A stretch of 64,000 nt of DNA, from the NCBI RefSeq assembly GCF_009914755.1, contig NC_060935.1. One strand, 5' to 3'. The stretch's first letter is position 1. Each line of letters opens with the position of its first letter. Origin of the DNA: the human T2T-CHM13v2.0 reference genome, Homo sapiens. Below, one piece after another: positions 10,459-26,526 of the stretch. A program made the position numbers and the translations under genes. Under the pieces are notes generated by a model, which worked only from the letters and a program-made list of their open reading frames with translations, did no database searches and had not been told where the DNA came from.

Positions 10459-12375
10459 ATGAAGTCTGTGCACTCCAGTCCCCAGAACACGAGTCATACC
10501 ATCATGACGTTTTACCCAACCATGGAAGAATTTGCAGATTTCAACACATATGTTGCTTACATGGAGTCCCAAGGCGCACACCGAGCTGGCCTCGCCAAGG
10601 TAATTCCACCCAAGGAATGGAAAGCCAGACAGATGTATGATGATATTGAAGACATCTTAATAGCCACTCCCCTCCAGCAGGTGACCTCTGGGCAGGGAGG
10701 TGTGTTTACTCAATACCATAAAAAGAAGAAAGCCATGAGGGTGGGGCAGTATCGCCACTTGGCAAACAGTAAAAAATATCAGACTCCGCCACACCAGAAT
10801 TTTGCAGATTTGGAGCAACGATACTGGAAGAGCCACCCCGGTAATCCACCAATTTATGGTGCTGATATCAGCGGCTCCTTATTTGAAGAAAGCACTAAAC
10901 AATGGAACCTAGGACACCTGGGAACAATTCTGGACCTGTTGGAGCAGGAATGTGGGGTTGTCATCGAGGGTGTCAACACACCCTACCTGTACTTTGGCAT
11001 GTGGAAGACCACGTTTGCTTGGCACACGGAGGACATGGACCTTTACAGCATCAACTACCTGCACTTTGGGGAGCCCAAAACTTGGTACGTGGTGCCCCCA
11101 GAACATGGTCAGCGCCTGGAATGCCTGGCCAGGGAGCTCTTCCCAGGCAATTCCCGGGGCTGTGAGGGCTTCCTGCGGCACAAGGTGGCCCTCATCTCGC
11201 CTACAGTTCTCAAAAAGAATGGGATCCCCTTCAATCGCATGACTCAGGAGGCTGGGGAGTTCATGGTGACTTTTCCCTATGGCTACCATGCTGGCTTCAA
11301 TCACGGCTTCAACTGCGCAGAGGCCATCAACTTTGCCACTCCACGATGGATTGATTATGGTAAAGTGGCTTCACAGTGTAGCTGTGGCGAGGCGAGAGTG
11401 ACCTTTTCCATGGATGCCTTCGTGCGCATCCTGCAACCCGAGAGCTATGAGCTCTGGAAACACAGGCAAGACTTGACTGTTGTGGATTACATGGAGCCCA
11501 GGGTTGCAGAAAGCCAAGAGCCGAGCAACTGGAGGGAGGACATAGCACTTAGGAGAGCTGCTCTGGGCCTGAGGCATCTCCGGAACCACATAACCAGCTG
11601 TCCCACACGGACTGTGGCCCCAAGGCTCTGTTACAACCCAAAGGGCGGTGGTACCGATGCTGTGCCTGGATCTGCAATCCAAGCCCTGGAGACGTCAGCC
11701 TGGGTTCTTCCCCCTTCCACTGGAAGGTGGGGTCCTTGTCGTGGCTGTGGTCGTGGTCGAGGTCGTGGTCGAGGCCGTGGTCGTCGTCCTCGAGAACTGG
11801 GGACTGAGGAGACAACTGTTCAGTCTGCAGCTAAGAGGCGCCTCTCAGTGGGGACAGGGAGCAGAGCTCCAGGCCGCAAACCTCAGCTCCAGTTCGCCGA
11901 TGAAGCTTTGACAGACAAACCCGCACCTTTGAGCGGTGGCCTTCCGCATTTTGCAAAGGCTTCTGGCTGCTGTTGTGCCCCTGATCTTCAACCCCTGGGG
12001 CCCCCACTGGATCCTGATGAACCCATGCACCCTGGCCCCTGCCTGCTATCCCTCGACAGCACTGCTAGTAGTCTTCCTCTTGTTGTCCCTATGACTCCTC
12101 CCAGTGTCACTGTGCCTTTGATTACATTGTCCAGGGACACTGGTGGAGACTGGAAATCCCCGGTGAATCTGGCCAAGGTTGTAGCAATGGACCATTCTTA
12201 TGCCTCTAGGGTTCCGGTCCCAACTAAGTTTTCCAGGATCTCCTGGGCCCCTGACTCATCTGCTGGGGCTAAAGCCAGACAGAGATACGCCACTGAATTT
12301 GGAGATATTTTCCTCCAATGCATGATCAATCCTCTGGACCCATGGCCATTGAATATGGTGTCAAATGTCAAGTGA
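10459..12375 (+). CDS. KDM4F: Lysine-specific demethylase 4F (JmjN+JmjC, KDM4D/E-type, no PHD/Tudor), 638 aa, single coding exon
   Basis: gcagccATG at 10459; [10 protein letters not shown] start. Fe ligands H189/E191/H277, 2OG ligands Y133/N199/K207/K242 and Zn ligands C235/H241/C307/C309 are all present. (GR)n tract; long Pro/Ser tail distinguishes it from KDM4E. Confidence 0.93.
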   Translation: MKSVHSSPQNTSHTIMTFYPTMEEFADFNTYVAYMESQGAHRAGLAKVIPPKEWKARQMYDDIEDILIATPLQQVTSGQGGVFTQYHKKKKAMRVGQYRHLANSKKYQTPPHQNFADLEQRYWKSHPGNPPIYGADISGSLFEESTKQWNLGHLGTILDLLEQECGVVIEGVNTPYLYFGMWKTTFAWHTEDMDLYSINYLHFGEPKTWYVVPPEHGQRLECLARELFPGNSRGCEGFLRHKVALISPTVLKKNGIPFNRMTQEAGEFMVTFPYGYHAGFNHGFNCAEAINFATPRWIDYGKVASQCSCGEARVTFSMDAFVRILQPESYELWKHRQDLTVVDYMEPRVAESQEPSNWREDIALRRAALGLRHLRNHITSCPTRTVAPRLCYNPKGGGTDAVPGSAIQALETSAWVLPPSTGRWGPCRGCGRGRGRGRGRGRRPRELGTEETTVQSAAKRRLSVGTGSRAPGRKPQLQFADEALTDKPAPLSGGLPHFAKASGCCCAPDLQPLGPPLDPDEPMHPGPCLLSLDSTASSLPLVVPMTPPSVTVPLITLSRDTGGDWKSPVNLAKVVAMDHSYASRVPVPTKFSRISWAPDSSAGAKARQRYATEFGDIFLQCMINPLDPWPLNMVSNVK

Positions 12376-12988
12376 TATCTACTTCTTATCCCAACCCCAG
12401 GAATCAGAGAAGATTCCTGCCAAGCACAATTCTGGCCTGGGCCTCTCCACAGTGAAGATTCTTTACCTCCAATAACTGACGAATTTCCAAGGCCCCCAGA
12501 TGCTGTCTCCAATTGTGACAACCAGGGCTCCCAGAGGTCATTGAATTCCCCACCCCAAAGGTTGCCGTAGGATGTTGTAATATCTCTCAGGGACTCTCTG
12601 TCTCCTCCTAATCATTGTGCCTGTGGCCTTCACCATGGCCAGATGCCACAGACAGCACTTGTTGCTTTTGTGCCCTCAGGATACCTCCCTTACAGTGCTA
12701 TGGGTCCAGATCCCACAGTAATTTGGACTCACATTGGATGATGCTGAGAATCTCACTGAATCCCTAATTTTTACCTTCCATTTGGTCCTCTGTTTCTCTG
12801 GCCCTGGATTCCACTGGACATTGCTACAGCCTCAGGGAGTTTTGGGGCTTCTCACAATCCTTCAACTGCAACATGCACTCCACCCCAGGCCACGATCCAC
12901 TGTACATGCACAAAACTAGACCTGTAGACCAACTGAGTTTGCTAGCCATTCATGGCCCCAGAGATATTTTGTAATGTTTTTGATATGT

Positions 12989-13030
12989 ATTAAATTTGCT
13001 ATCTCTAGTGTGTATCTGCAAAGAAAAAAA
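12989..13030 (+). terminator. Candidate polyadenylation signal and decayed A-tract of KDM4F
   Basis: ATTAAA 12989-12994 followed ~25 nt later by aaaagaaaaaaa; same arrangement in the pseudogene at ~3129-3170. Confidence 0.55.
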
Positions 13031-13342
13031 ATTCTTAATACATGTTTTTAATATTAGAATTATATAAAAGATGTATCAAAAAAAGTGATGAAGAAAAGTG
13101 ATTGAGATAAAGGAATGGCAAAAGTATACCTAGGAAAGAACAAACATAAAAGTAGAGTCACAGATCTTAATGTCAGTCTAAGCTGAATGAAGACCAAAGG
13201 TACATAGAAGACTTCTCTTCAATGTAAAAGGCTAAATTTCGCAATGAAATTGCAGCAGTCATGAATATTGAAGTAAATTTGATAAAGTGTGACTCATATA
13301 AAACAGAAAGAGACTCATTAAACACAGGCACATTGAAGTCAC

Positions 13343-16115
<2,773 letters not shown>

Positions 16116-16250
16116 GACACCTTATTCATCCAAGCCAGAAAAAATAGAGAAACCTAAGGATATGAAAAACTTAGATAACATTAACAATAAGGTAGAATTG
16201 ACAAACCAGATGATAGAAAATACTTCCTCTCTTCAGGTGCTGTTGACAGC

Positions 16251-16830
16251 TGTTGTGATACCTCTGGTTCTTCTTAGTTTAAAATAAATTAAACAAGAGA
16301 CATACAGCAAAAGAAGAACAGCATAGAGTAATTTATTGTGAAAGAAAAATAATATTTTGAAAGTTAAGTGCAGAATAGACTGTACACACTGAGAGTGAAG
16401 GAATTCAGGGAGGGCTGCTTGTTAGGGTGAGACAGCATTGATTATTGCTGGAGAAACCCCCATTATGGGAGTTTTACATGGTTATTCATAAGGAGGTGGT
16501 AACAGGTGTTACTAGTAAGCAGGTCCTGATGGTCTTCTGTACATGTACAGTAGCTGTACATGCTTATTCATACATCCCATGTCTCATTAGCATCTTAAAT
16601 CTCCACCCATGGGTGTGTTTTTTACTATTGTAATGAGCAAAAGATCAGTTTGAGGACAGGTAAAATCAAAATGTGCATGCTCTCTGGAAGGGAAAGTCCC
16701 TACTAAAGATAGCTTTGCTTGAGTGAGCTCAGTTACAATATGACTGCTAAGGCTTATTGTATTGGCTCTATGGTCACCACGGTCACTGCATCCCAAGTAT
16801 ATGTCAGGTCCTTGACAACCTATCCTGCCA
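16251..16830 (-). mobile_element. ERV1-class solo LTR (MER4 group, possibly MER66-like)
   Basis: ~580-bp insertion interrupting the L1 remnant relative to paralog 4830-4860; tttatt (rc AATAAA) near the left end; ends acctatcctgcc. Confidence 0.6.
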
Positions 16831-18190
16831 AAGAATCAATCACAAAATTTGACAATATATCAGTGTGAATAGAAAATATCAATATCTTCTTTAAACAAAA
16901 TGAAAAAAATTCAAACATTCTGAATTATCATGCAATAAAATTTGAAATATTTTTGAAAGTCAGAAAATGTACAGGTCCTTTTCCTGGTAGGTTAAATTTT
17001 TTTATTGAATGGATCTCAGATTTGAGGGAAGCACAAATCATAAAAGCCAAATTTCCACAAAACAATAAATATCTATTAAGAATATGAACTGTAGAGCAAG
17101 ATAGTCTGATTTTGAATTCCAGCTTCTCTTACCAGCTAGTGTGACCTTGAAAATTACTTAATGACTCAGTTTCCTCAATGTAAAATGGAGATAGCACCTA
17201 CCTCATGTGTTTAGTTGACAGTTCTATGAGTGAATATAGTAATTTGTTAATGCCAATGCCTGGAATACAATAAGCATTTACTGGAGTGTTTTTAAATTTA
17301 AAACTTAATAACATACAAAAAGGAATATATGAAATTCATTTAGAACAGTGCTGAGGGGAAAACTTGCAGCCTTAATTATTTTCTTCATCACATTCAAATA
17401 ATAAAATTAACTGGATTAAGCTTCTGATTTACAAGTTAGGAAAAGATCAATTATATGAAAGTAGCAAGAAGGAATTGATATGCATATACATAGAAAATGA
17501 GTCAGAATAACTAAAATAATAAATCAACATAAAGCTCCAATGATATGTATGTTTTTAGAAAAATTAACTTACTACATAGAAAGTTTAAGACATAAATTTC
17601 TGTGTATGAAATACAGAAAGATGGCGGAAGATCTGACTCTTCAAAAATGCCAAGGATTAGACAATTTCACAGAGGAATTGTGTGAAAATTTTATTTCAAG
17701 TATAAATAGGCCTTTAAAATGAGAAAAAATTCAAGCTTTAAAATAAGCACATCATTGACAGAAAATCCTGATGAATTGCAGAATGAGAGAAAATGATGGA
17801 CAAAACTTATTGATGAACATCAATGTAAAAATTTTAACTTAAATATTAGCTAAGAGAATCTAAATAAATTAAAAGAATGACATACAATGACTACATGGGG
17901 TTTATTGCAGGAAGGCAGTGATGGGTTAAAGAAGGAAATCTAGGAATATAATTTATCCTGTAAATACAACCAGAAGAAAAGTCATATGATCATGTTTATA
18001 GATGTTGATAGGCATTTGATATAATTCAACAGTCTTGTTTTACACACACCCACAAGGAAGCAATGAATCCTTCCTTAAAATAAAATTCAAAAATTCTCTA
18101 TCTACTAGTTAGCTATTTTAGACCCAAGCCAGCATTTTCCTTAATGTGAGGTATTTGAGGCATTTCAGTCAATAATTTATGGAATTAGTG
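16831..18190 (+). mobile_element. Old L1 (L1M) ORF2 remnants with an embedded MIR (~17085-17285)
   Basis: aaaagtcatatgatcatgtttatagatgttgataggcatttgatataattcaac; MIR core ctcagtttcctcaatgtaaaatggagata. Confidence 0.7.
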
Positions 18191-18323
18191 CTGTTAACCA
18201 CTGCAAAAATTTTTAGAGCTATAATTAATGGAAGGGAAGAGACAAAATTTATTTTGTTGTAGTTGTAGTTGATAAGGCTGAATGCAGGGAAAACTCAAGG
18301 AGGGGGCTAAATATCTAAATGGC

Positions 18324-19030
18324 TTCCCTATGGCCACCATGCTGACTTCAGCCATGGCTTCAATTTCAAGGAGGCCATGAATTTTGCCACCATGTGATAA
18401 GCAAAGTGGCCTCAGTGCAGTGGTGAGGAAGCCATTGTGATCTCTTCCCTGGATGCTGTCATGGGCATCCTGTAACCCAAGTGCAATGAGCTGTGGAAAC
18501 CCAGGCAAGAGGGATTAGTTGCAGACCCCATGGAATCCAGGGCACAAGCCAGCCTGGAGATGCCCACCTCGTAGAAGATCCAAGTGCCTGAGAGGGCTCT
18601 CTGGACTGAGGCACCACCTGTGTCACCAGGGCCATGACCCACTCAGCCTATGACCTCCAGCTGTGGTGCCTGTTGCCTCACATTTCTGTGCCCAGTGTTC
18701 CTGTGGCCAATTTAGCCTGCAGTGATGCTTCCTAGCCCAGGACCTTAGCTTGGACCCACTGCCCACCCTGGCTTTGTCAACCTTGGTCTGAACCTTTCAA
18801 CTGGTAGATGTGGTTGTGGTCCTTATCCTTTGTAACTGGGGGTTCAGAAGCCAATCCTCCAGGCTCCATCTGGCCAGGAGGTGCCTTTTGGTGGTCACAG
18901 ACTGCACACCTCCAGGCCCTGAACCTAAGCCTCTGCCCACAGATGCAGCTTTGATGGATAGGCCTGTACCACTGAGCCCAGGATCCAGCATCCTGCCAAG
19001 GATTCTGGGTGCTGCTGGAGCCCCGCCCCT
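18324..19030 (+). pseudogene. 5'-truncated KDM4D-like pseudogene (end of JmjC plus C-terminus)
   Basis: FPYGHHADFSHGFNFKEAMNFAT then in-frame stops; later PEPKPLPTDAALMDRPVPLSPG, matching KDM4F 11274-11985. Confidence 0.9.
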
Positions 19031-22000
19031 GTGCCCATGGTCAGCTTTTATATCCCACTGCTCTGCTCTGTGGGGGCTTCTTGAGATTGGTCACATTTAC
19101 AACTCAGAATTTTCGCGAATTTTCGCAAATTTTCCGGCCACTAAAATTGCAGTGCCTCCCAGTGCTTAGCTCCTGTGGTGAGGCCCCAGGCACTGCTGAG
19201 TCCAAGGTGGTTACCAAATTCACTATACTTTCTTCATCCTCTCAGACACTGTAATATCTTGAGACTTCTACTTCTGCGTCACCAGCTGAGATTTCATCCA
19301 CTGGACATGAGTATCTCTGAGAACGAGGTCTTCCTGGGTTTGCCGAGAGCTCATCTACCCCAGTGTCCCAAACTCTGGACCAACTATAGAGGCTGCTGAA
19401 CTTCTGAAGAATTTGGAGTGTGGTTCCCCTTCAATCTTCTTCCCTTATCTCTCCGTCCCTCCCTCCCTCAACTCTCCCCTTCTTGCAAAACTAGCCTTTT
19501 ATGGCCAATTAGGTCAATAGAGTCAGAAAAAAAAGCATCATATTTCTAAGTCATTGAGATATTTACAATGTGATATCGCCAGTATTTGTTCACAAATATA
19601 TTAAAGGTCACCAACATGTAAAATCTGACTTTCTTTCTAATATTGTAATTTCAAAAACATTGCAGGAAGAGGTTATTCTCCATGCATTTTTCTTCACAGT
19701 TATTTGAGAACATTTCAGGCAACACTTATGAATATTTTATGGGCTGGTTACATTTTGTGGTGGTGAGTGAGCTCAGCGTATGGTTATGAGGTTCTGGCTG
19801 TCTGGTTGTGTGGGAGCACTGGGTTGCAGTTATGCTTTGAGGATAGCTTGGTAGGACCAGCCTGGCACTCAGCCAAATAGCAGGACCCAAGTTGCTGAGA
19901 AAGATGAGCAGCCCTAGGATAAAAGTGTCATCATCTGACTCTCTTCTCTCCCAGGCTCCAAGCTGTGTGCATATTTCACACTGGTAATTCATTGACTCAG
20001 CCTAATAAATAAACCCCCAAATAAGTGAATAAGACAGTTTCAGTCAGGAATGTGTTTTGTGTAGGAACTAAAGCAGGATTGGACGACAGGGCAGAATGGG
20101 CAGAGGCTGGCCAAGCCGCTGGTCCAGGAAGGCTTCAGAGAACAGGAGATCTTCTGGGGCCCCAGCTGAGAAAAATAAGAAGGTCCATACTGGGATTTTC
20201 CACCTGCAGGGAACTGTAAGTGCAATAGGCCTAATATAGAACTTGGTGAGTTTGTTTTTCCAGCGATACGATAGAGGCTTATTTATATCTGGGGCACACA
20301 GAAGAAGAAGACGCGGAGATCAGACCACTTAGGCCCTGTGACTCATGTTAATTGCATTATTGGGTAGTCTATCAACTTGAATTGAGAAGGCACTGGAAGT
20401 GTAAAACGGCAGTGAAGATGTGATTTATACATTTAAACAATCAGTTTAGTTGCTCTGTGGAGAATGTGCCAGAAGGAGAAACAGACCATCTAAAAGTGAG
20501 AGTGACAGTTGCTTAGACTCAGTTGTTCATATTGCAAATGCACAGAAGTGGACAAATTCAAAACTTATTTTCGAAATTGAAGGTGATAGTTTTGGATGTA
20601 GAAGGAAACATTCAGAGAAGCAAGCCACCCCTCCCCTTAGTACTACTCTTGCTTAACTGCCCTTACAGAATGTTATTAAGGCTCCAAAGTTGAAGCACCA
20701 GGCAATTTGAGGGCTAAAGTAAAAAACAATTGGTGCTTGCCTGAACTTCTCAATAAAGAACAGAAAAACACAAATTTTCTTGCCTATCTCACTCATTCAG
20801 ACAACTTTGTCATTTCTAATGTAATAAGAGATGGAAGTTTATTCTTTATAAAATTCAAGCTGGGAGGCTGAACGCAGAGTCTCCAGGCACACAGGAAGAT
20901 GGAGTGAGTTGCCTGGCTGAAAAGGGGCTAAAGCTAATACTGAGATGGTGGAACCACAAGATGAAAGCATACTGGACTCACTGGAAGGGAGAAGCCCTAG
21001 AGAACTGCTGGACCTACAGTACACCTTGTGTGACCAAGGAATCAATTTTTATGTGATAGGAAAAAGCCTCATTGGCCCTGGAATGCAGGAGGCAGACAGC
21101 CTTCAGCTGCAGAGAGCTGCCTTACCCAAGGCCATGTCTCTTCCGAGTGTAGCCCACATCCAATGACTGCTCAGTGCTGGAGCATAAAGCTTGGCCATCT
21201 CTGCTGAACTCAGGACAATCCTGAGGCCATTTGAGCTCCAGAGTCCCTGCAGGATCGGCTGACTATCTTTGGGCATAAACCACAGATCAACTTTTCTCTG
21301 TGCTCAAACCTGCTTCCTATACCTCCCTTAGTCAGATATTGATCCCAAAGGCACTCTAAAGATCTTGGTGCTGAAGTCTTAGAGTCTGCTCTGTAGTGGA
21401 CCTGACCTGCAATTGTACTTTAGGTTTCTTTGTGTTTCAAAGGCATAATTTCCTTGAGAGAATAAAGATTGGTCCCCCTGCTGAGAAATTATAATCCTTC
21501 TTTGCATGGTTATTTAGGGATGTGAGGAGATAGAAATGGCCATGAGATAGAATCTCAGCTTCCAATGTATGGAACTATTGTTGTGACCCCCATTGAAAAC
21601 ATGCCACTTTGAACACCAGAAGTCACAAGGACAAGAAGCAAACATCTGATCTTTGGCCTGATGGATCAGTCCCAGTTTTACACCTGGATTTACTAGAACC
21701 ATGCGCTCTGGCTCTGAAAGAAACAGTTCCATTTCCAGAGCAACTGACTCTCACATGCATTGCTACTGTGAATGTACCATCATACAGCCCCTTTGAAAAA
21801 CCGTTTGTCAATGTTCTATAAGCTTAAGCACTCATCAATCCATAGCAGTTCTCCTCCTAAATACCTACACATTTTATAAGAATCATGAACTGTGGATAAT
21901 TCATATATCTCTGAATATATAAATAGAAAAACTCATAGCTTATTAAAATTTGTAGCTTATTGAATATTATTCAGCAACAAAAAGGAATGTATTGCTGGTA

Positions 22001-23299
22001 CATGCAACAGGAATAGCTGGATCTTACAAACATCAGATTTGGAAAAGAAGCCAGATCCAAAGTGAAAACCTATTGTATATTTTCATTCATACTCATTGCA
22101 AATATAGACCAAAGTAAGCTGTGGTCATCGAGTTTAGAACGTGATTGCCTCTGGTGGGAAGCAGGGATTGACTGGAAAGCTCCTGGCATGAGAGAATGTG
22201 ATGGGGCCATGGGAATGTTCTACATCTCCTTTTGGGTGATGATTACATGGGTGTATATGAATGTTAAAAGTCACTGATGTGGAGACCTATGGTGTATGCA
22301 TTTTTATTGCATGTATTTTAAACTGGAGAAAACTGAACAGGAGACAAGACAGGAGCAGCTGGAAAAGTGGGAACCATCTTAAGAAACACTGGAAAGCTGA
22401 ATGCTAGGCTGGCAGGGAGAAAACCTGGAGGGCAATGGAATCCCCAATGCAGAACCAAAAGGAATCAAGATTTTGTGACACCAGGTACCTCTAGAGTTGG
22501 ATGTAAAAGTGAGGCTAAACACAGAGATTTTGATAAAAATCTGTTGGAGAAGTTTCTTTAGTTCCTTGGGTCAGCTCCATCAAGTTAGCATCTGGATGAC
22601 TACTTCCACCAACGACTTCCACTCATCTTTCAGTGGAAAATGAGACTTTCTTGCTCCTATATTCCAGGTGAGAATTGGAGGTTGCTAAACTTAGGTGATG
22701 AAGTCGGATTGTGGACATAAAAGTGCAGGAAAGAAAGGGATTCTGACAATTTCTGGAGATGGTAGCTTGGCTCACGTTCCAACTTGGAATGTGAGAACTG
22801 AATTTCTGCTTGTTATCTTCAGCAGCATCACAATCTTATCCTAGCCAGATAGATGCCCTGGAATGGCTATCATTAAAAAAAATCTTGGATAGTAAAAGAA
22901 AAGAAACATAAACACACAAATAATTTGTAGAAAATATTACTCCTATTGTCCTCCTGTTTCTATTCAGCTACTTTCATAAATATTTTACATTCTCTTGCCA
23001 AATAAGAGCAAGCAATAGTACAGCTAAACTTGTTTCTAAATTAGTCTTCTGGAAAGTTCAGGGAGTTAGGGGTGGCTGTGGAGGGCTTCTTCAAGCAATT
23101 GTAATTAGAATTCTATGTTACTTCATCTGACAATCTCAATTTGGGTCACTCTTCTTTGTAAAATTTGCCCATATCTAGCTGTTTGCCCATGTCCAATCAT
23201 AAGCTTTTGCTATTCTGTACTGTTTTGTTTTGGAAAATCAAGGAACATTGATAATGAAAATTATCTAAGAGCAAGTGTAGAGCCATCTTTGTCCTCTCC

Positions 23300-24345
23300 C
23301 ATGACCTCTGTTCCTTCATTTCTGAAGGCTTCTCTTCATTTCTGAGAAATAACAATTATGAGTTTGATGCATATTCTTCCTGTTTATAGTCGGAAGTCTA
23401 CAGAGCCAAGATGATATGTCAGGTTTGGTTTTAACAACTTCTCTTCCTCCTGCTACCTATTTAAAAACTCAATATTACAAGGCCTGAACAGATTGCTACG
23501 TATATAGATCCTAGTGACTCCAACAGAGTCAATAGACCTGTGTAATTTTTTATTTTATTCATTCCCCTGCTGATGGACATGTAGATTATTTCCACATCTT
23601 TGTTATGTCAAACAACACTTTCTTGAACAGCTGTATGCATAGAACTGGAGTTCCTTGGTTATACTGATATTTGTTTTCAATTATTCTAAGAATAGCTAGG
23701 TCAGTCTACAATTTCTATCTCCATTAGCAGTGGGACAGTTCTGGTTTCCCCATATCTTGGCCCATTTTTACACTGTCAGATCGTTTCACTTTTTCTAATT
23801 TAAATTGAGAAAAAGTGTCTCAATGCATTTTCTCAATTACTAGTGATCTTATACATCTCCTCATATTTATTGGCCATTTGGATTTCCTTTTTTTTTGAGT
23901 TGCCTTTTCTAAGGCTTCGATCCCTTCTTTTGGGTTGACTCATTGTTTTTATTGATCTGTGGAAGTTTTCAGGATACTTATTCATTGTCTATTTTACATA
24001 TGACAAAACTGTTCTTCCAGCCTGTATCTTGTCTCAATTTTTTATGTCATCATATACTGGAATGAGTTAAATATGTCAGAAATTTTCATTGTGGTTTGTG
24101 CTTTTGGCTCTTCTTTAAGATAATTTTCCCACCTTGAATTCATAAACACATTTTTCAGTATATTCTCAAATAGCCCTAAAGTTCTCTTTTATACAGTCTT
24201 TAATCCATCACTAATTTACTCTTCTAAGTAGTGCACGGTAGAGCTCTATTTTATTTTTCCCCCCAAGATCAATATCTCTTATTGAATTGTTGATTGCTTT
24301 TCATGGGATTGGTAAGCCACCTTTATTATATACAGACTCCCACAT
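23300..24345 (-). mobile_element. Old L1 (L1ME-type) fragments
   Basis: cccctgctgatggacatgtagattatttcc; tttattggccatttggatttcc; ttcattgtggtttgtgcttttgg. Confidence 0.65.
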
Positions 24346-24348
24346 ATA

Positions 24349-25378
24349 CAGTTGAGCCTTGAACAAATGAAGTGCATGGGTCCACTTATACAGGGATTTT
24401 TTTTTTCCACAACCGTATTGGTAAATTTTTTGGAGATTTAGAACAATTTGAAAAAACTCCCAGATGTATCTTGTACTCTAGAAATATTGAAAAATATAAG
24501 AAAAAATTAGGTGTGTCATGAATGCATAAAATATGTATAGATATTAGTGTATTTTAACATTTGCTACCATAAAATATGTACAATCCTGTTACAAAAAGTT
24601 AAAATTTATCAGAATTTACACACACACACAGACCATACATAATGCCATTTGAAGTTGAGATAAATGTAAACAAATGTAAAGATATAGTATTAAATCATAA
24701 CTGCATAAAATTAACTATAGTAATACTGTATTATTATAAGAATTTTGTAGCCTCTTCCTTTTGCCATTGCAGTGAGCTCGTGTGGTGAGTATCCTCTTAA
24801 AATGCTGCAGGATGCTAATCATCTCTGCCTGAGCAATTTTTTTCTCTCTGGTAAATTGTCTATCACAGTAAAAAGTGATCTCTTGAGTATCATGTTTAGG
24901 GCAATATCCTAAAGCTTGAATAATACTATGGGGCCCAGACGAAGTGCCACTAGTGATGCTGGAAATGTTCCCAAGAAGCAGAGAAAAGTCACGACAGTAT
25001 AAGAAAATGTTGAATTGCTTGATGTGTAGGGTACATTGAGGTCTGCAGTGAGGTTGCCAGCCATTTCAGACAGGCTATTCATCTTGTAAATGGTTAAGGT
25101 ATCCATAAATATAGTACAGTATAGTAAATACATTTTCTCCTCCTTATGATTTTCTTAAAAACATTTTCTTTTCTCTAGTTTTCTTTACTGTAAGAATCCA
25201 GTATTTAGTACATGTCACATACAAAATCTGTGTTAATCAACCGTTGATATCTGTAAGACTTCCAGTCAACAGCAGGCTCTTAGTAGTTCAGTTTTGGGAG
25301 GAGTCAAAAGTATTTGAGGAGTTTCAACTGCACAGGGATTCAGCACCCTGAATCCCCTCATTGTTCCAGGGTCAACTG
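24349..25378. mobile_element. Tigger3/MER7-type DNA transposon
   Basis: TIRs cagttgagccttgaacaa / ttgttccagggtcaactg, flanked by TA on both sides. Confidence 0.88.
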
Positions 25379-26226
25379 TACATGTATCTGTGTCTGGTCT
25401 CAGTATCTGTGCTTAGAGGTACTGTTGATATCAGCTCAAATATTACAGTTTGATAAGGGAGAAGTCTTTTTTTTGTTTTAAGGCATCATTTTGGGGGTTG
25501 TCATTTAAATATTTGACTCTAACAGTGCTAGCTCTACCGCCTTGAACAAGTGACTTAATGTCTCAATGACTCAGTTCTGTCATCTGAAAATTAGAGGTAT
25601 GAATCTTCTTATAGGTCATAAGAATTAAATGATTTATTGTACCAAGAGTAAACCGAACAGTGTTTGCCATGTTATAGTCACCAGGTATGTTAGCTATTTT
25701 AAATAATATTTTACTATTAGAAATAAAGAGGGACTTCTGTTCATCAAAAGATATGAAAAAAAGAGAGAAATGACAAACCAAGGAGTGTGAACTGATATTG
25801 TATTACTCATATCCAGCAAAGAGCTGATATCCATTATATATAAAGAGCTAGTGCAGAGAACGCCAACCCAATAGAAAAATGGACAAAATACATAATAGGC
25901 AGCTTATGAGTAAGAATACCCAAATGGCCAATGAACGTGAAAAAATTACTCACTCTCATTTGCAGTTAGGGAAATGAATTTTTTTTTTTTAAGTTTTAAG
26001 TGACAAAATCTCACTGTGTCACCCCAGGCTGTTGTGTGGGGACGAAATCACAGGTAAAACAAATCTTAATGCCCTCACCTAACTGGCTAAAACTAAAAAG
26101 TCTGATATTCACCAAAGGTTTGCAAAAGTGAAGAGCACTGAGCACCCTCATACACAGCTATCCTGTGTGTAAATTGATAAAAACTGTTGAAAAACAATCA
26201 GGCATGGTAAAGTTTGAATTCACATA

Positions 26227-26526
26227 CAGTTGTCCCTTGATATTCTGCAGGTGGATGGGGTTTGGTCCTTAGTAACCCCTGAGGATTCTGAGGATTTTCA
26301 AGTCCATATATAAAATGGCTTGGTATGCGCATGTAACCTATACGTATTTTCCAACATACTTTAAGTCATCTCTAGATTACTTACATTATGATGAAAATGC
26401 TATGTAAATAATTGTTTACTGTATTATGTTCTATTTATTTTTATTGTTTTTTTTTTCTGAATAATTTCTACCCACAGTTGGCTGAATTCACTGATGCTGA
26501 AGCCAGAGGTTACAGTGGGCTGCCTG
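26227..26526. mobile_element. MER2 DNA transposon (only its right part survives in copy A, 7741-7876)
   Basis: TA-cagttgtccctt...tttaagtcatctctagattactt...gggctgcctg-TA. Confidence 0.8.
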
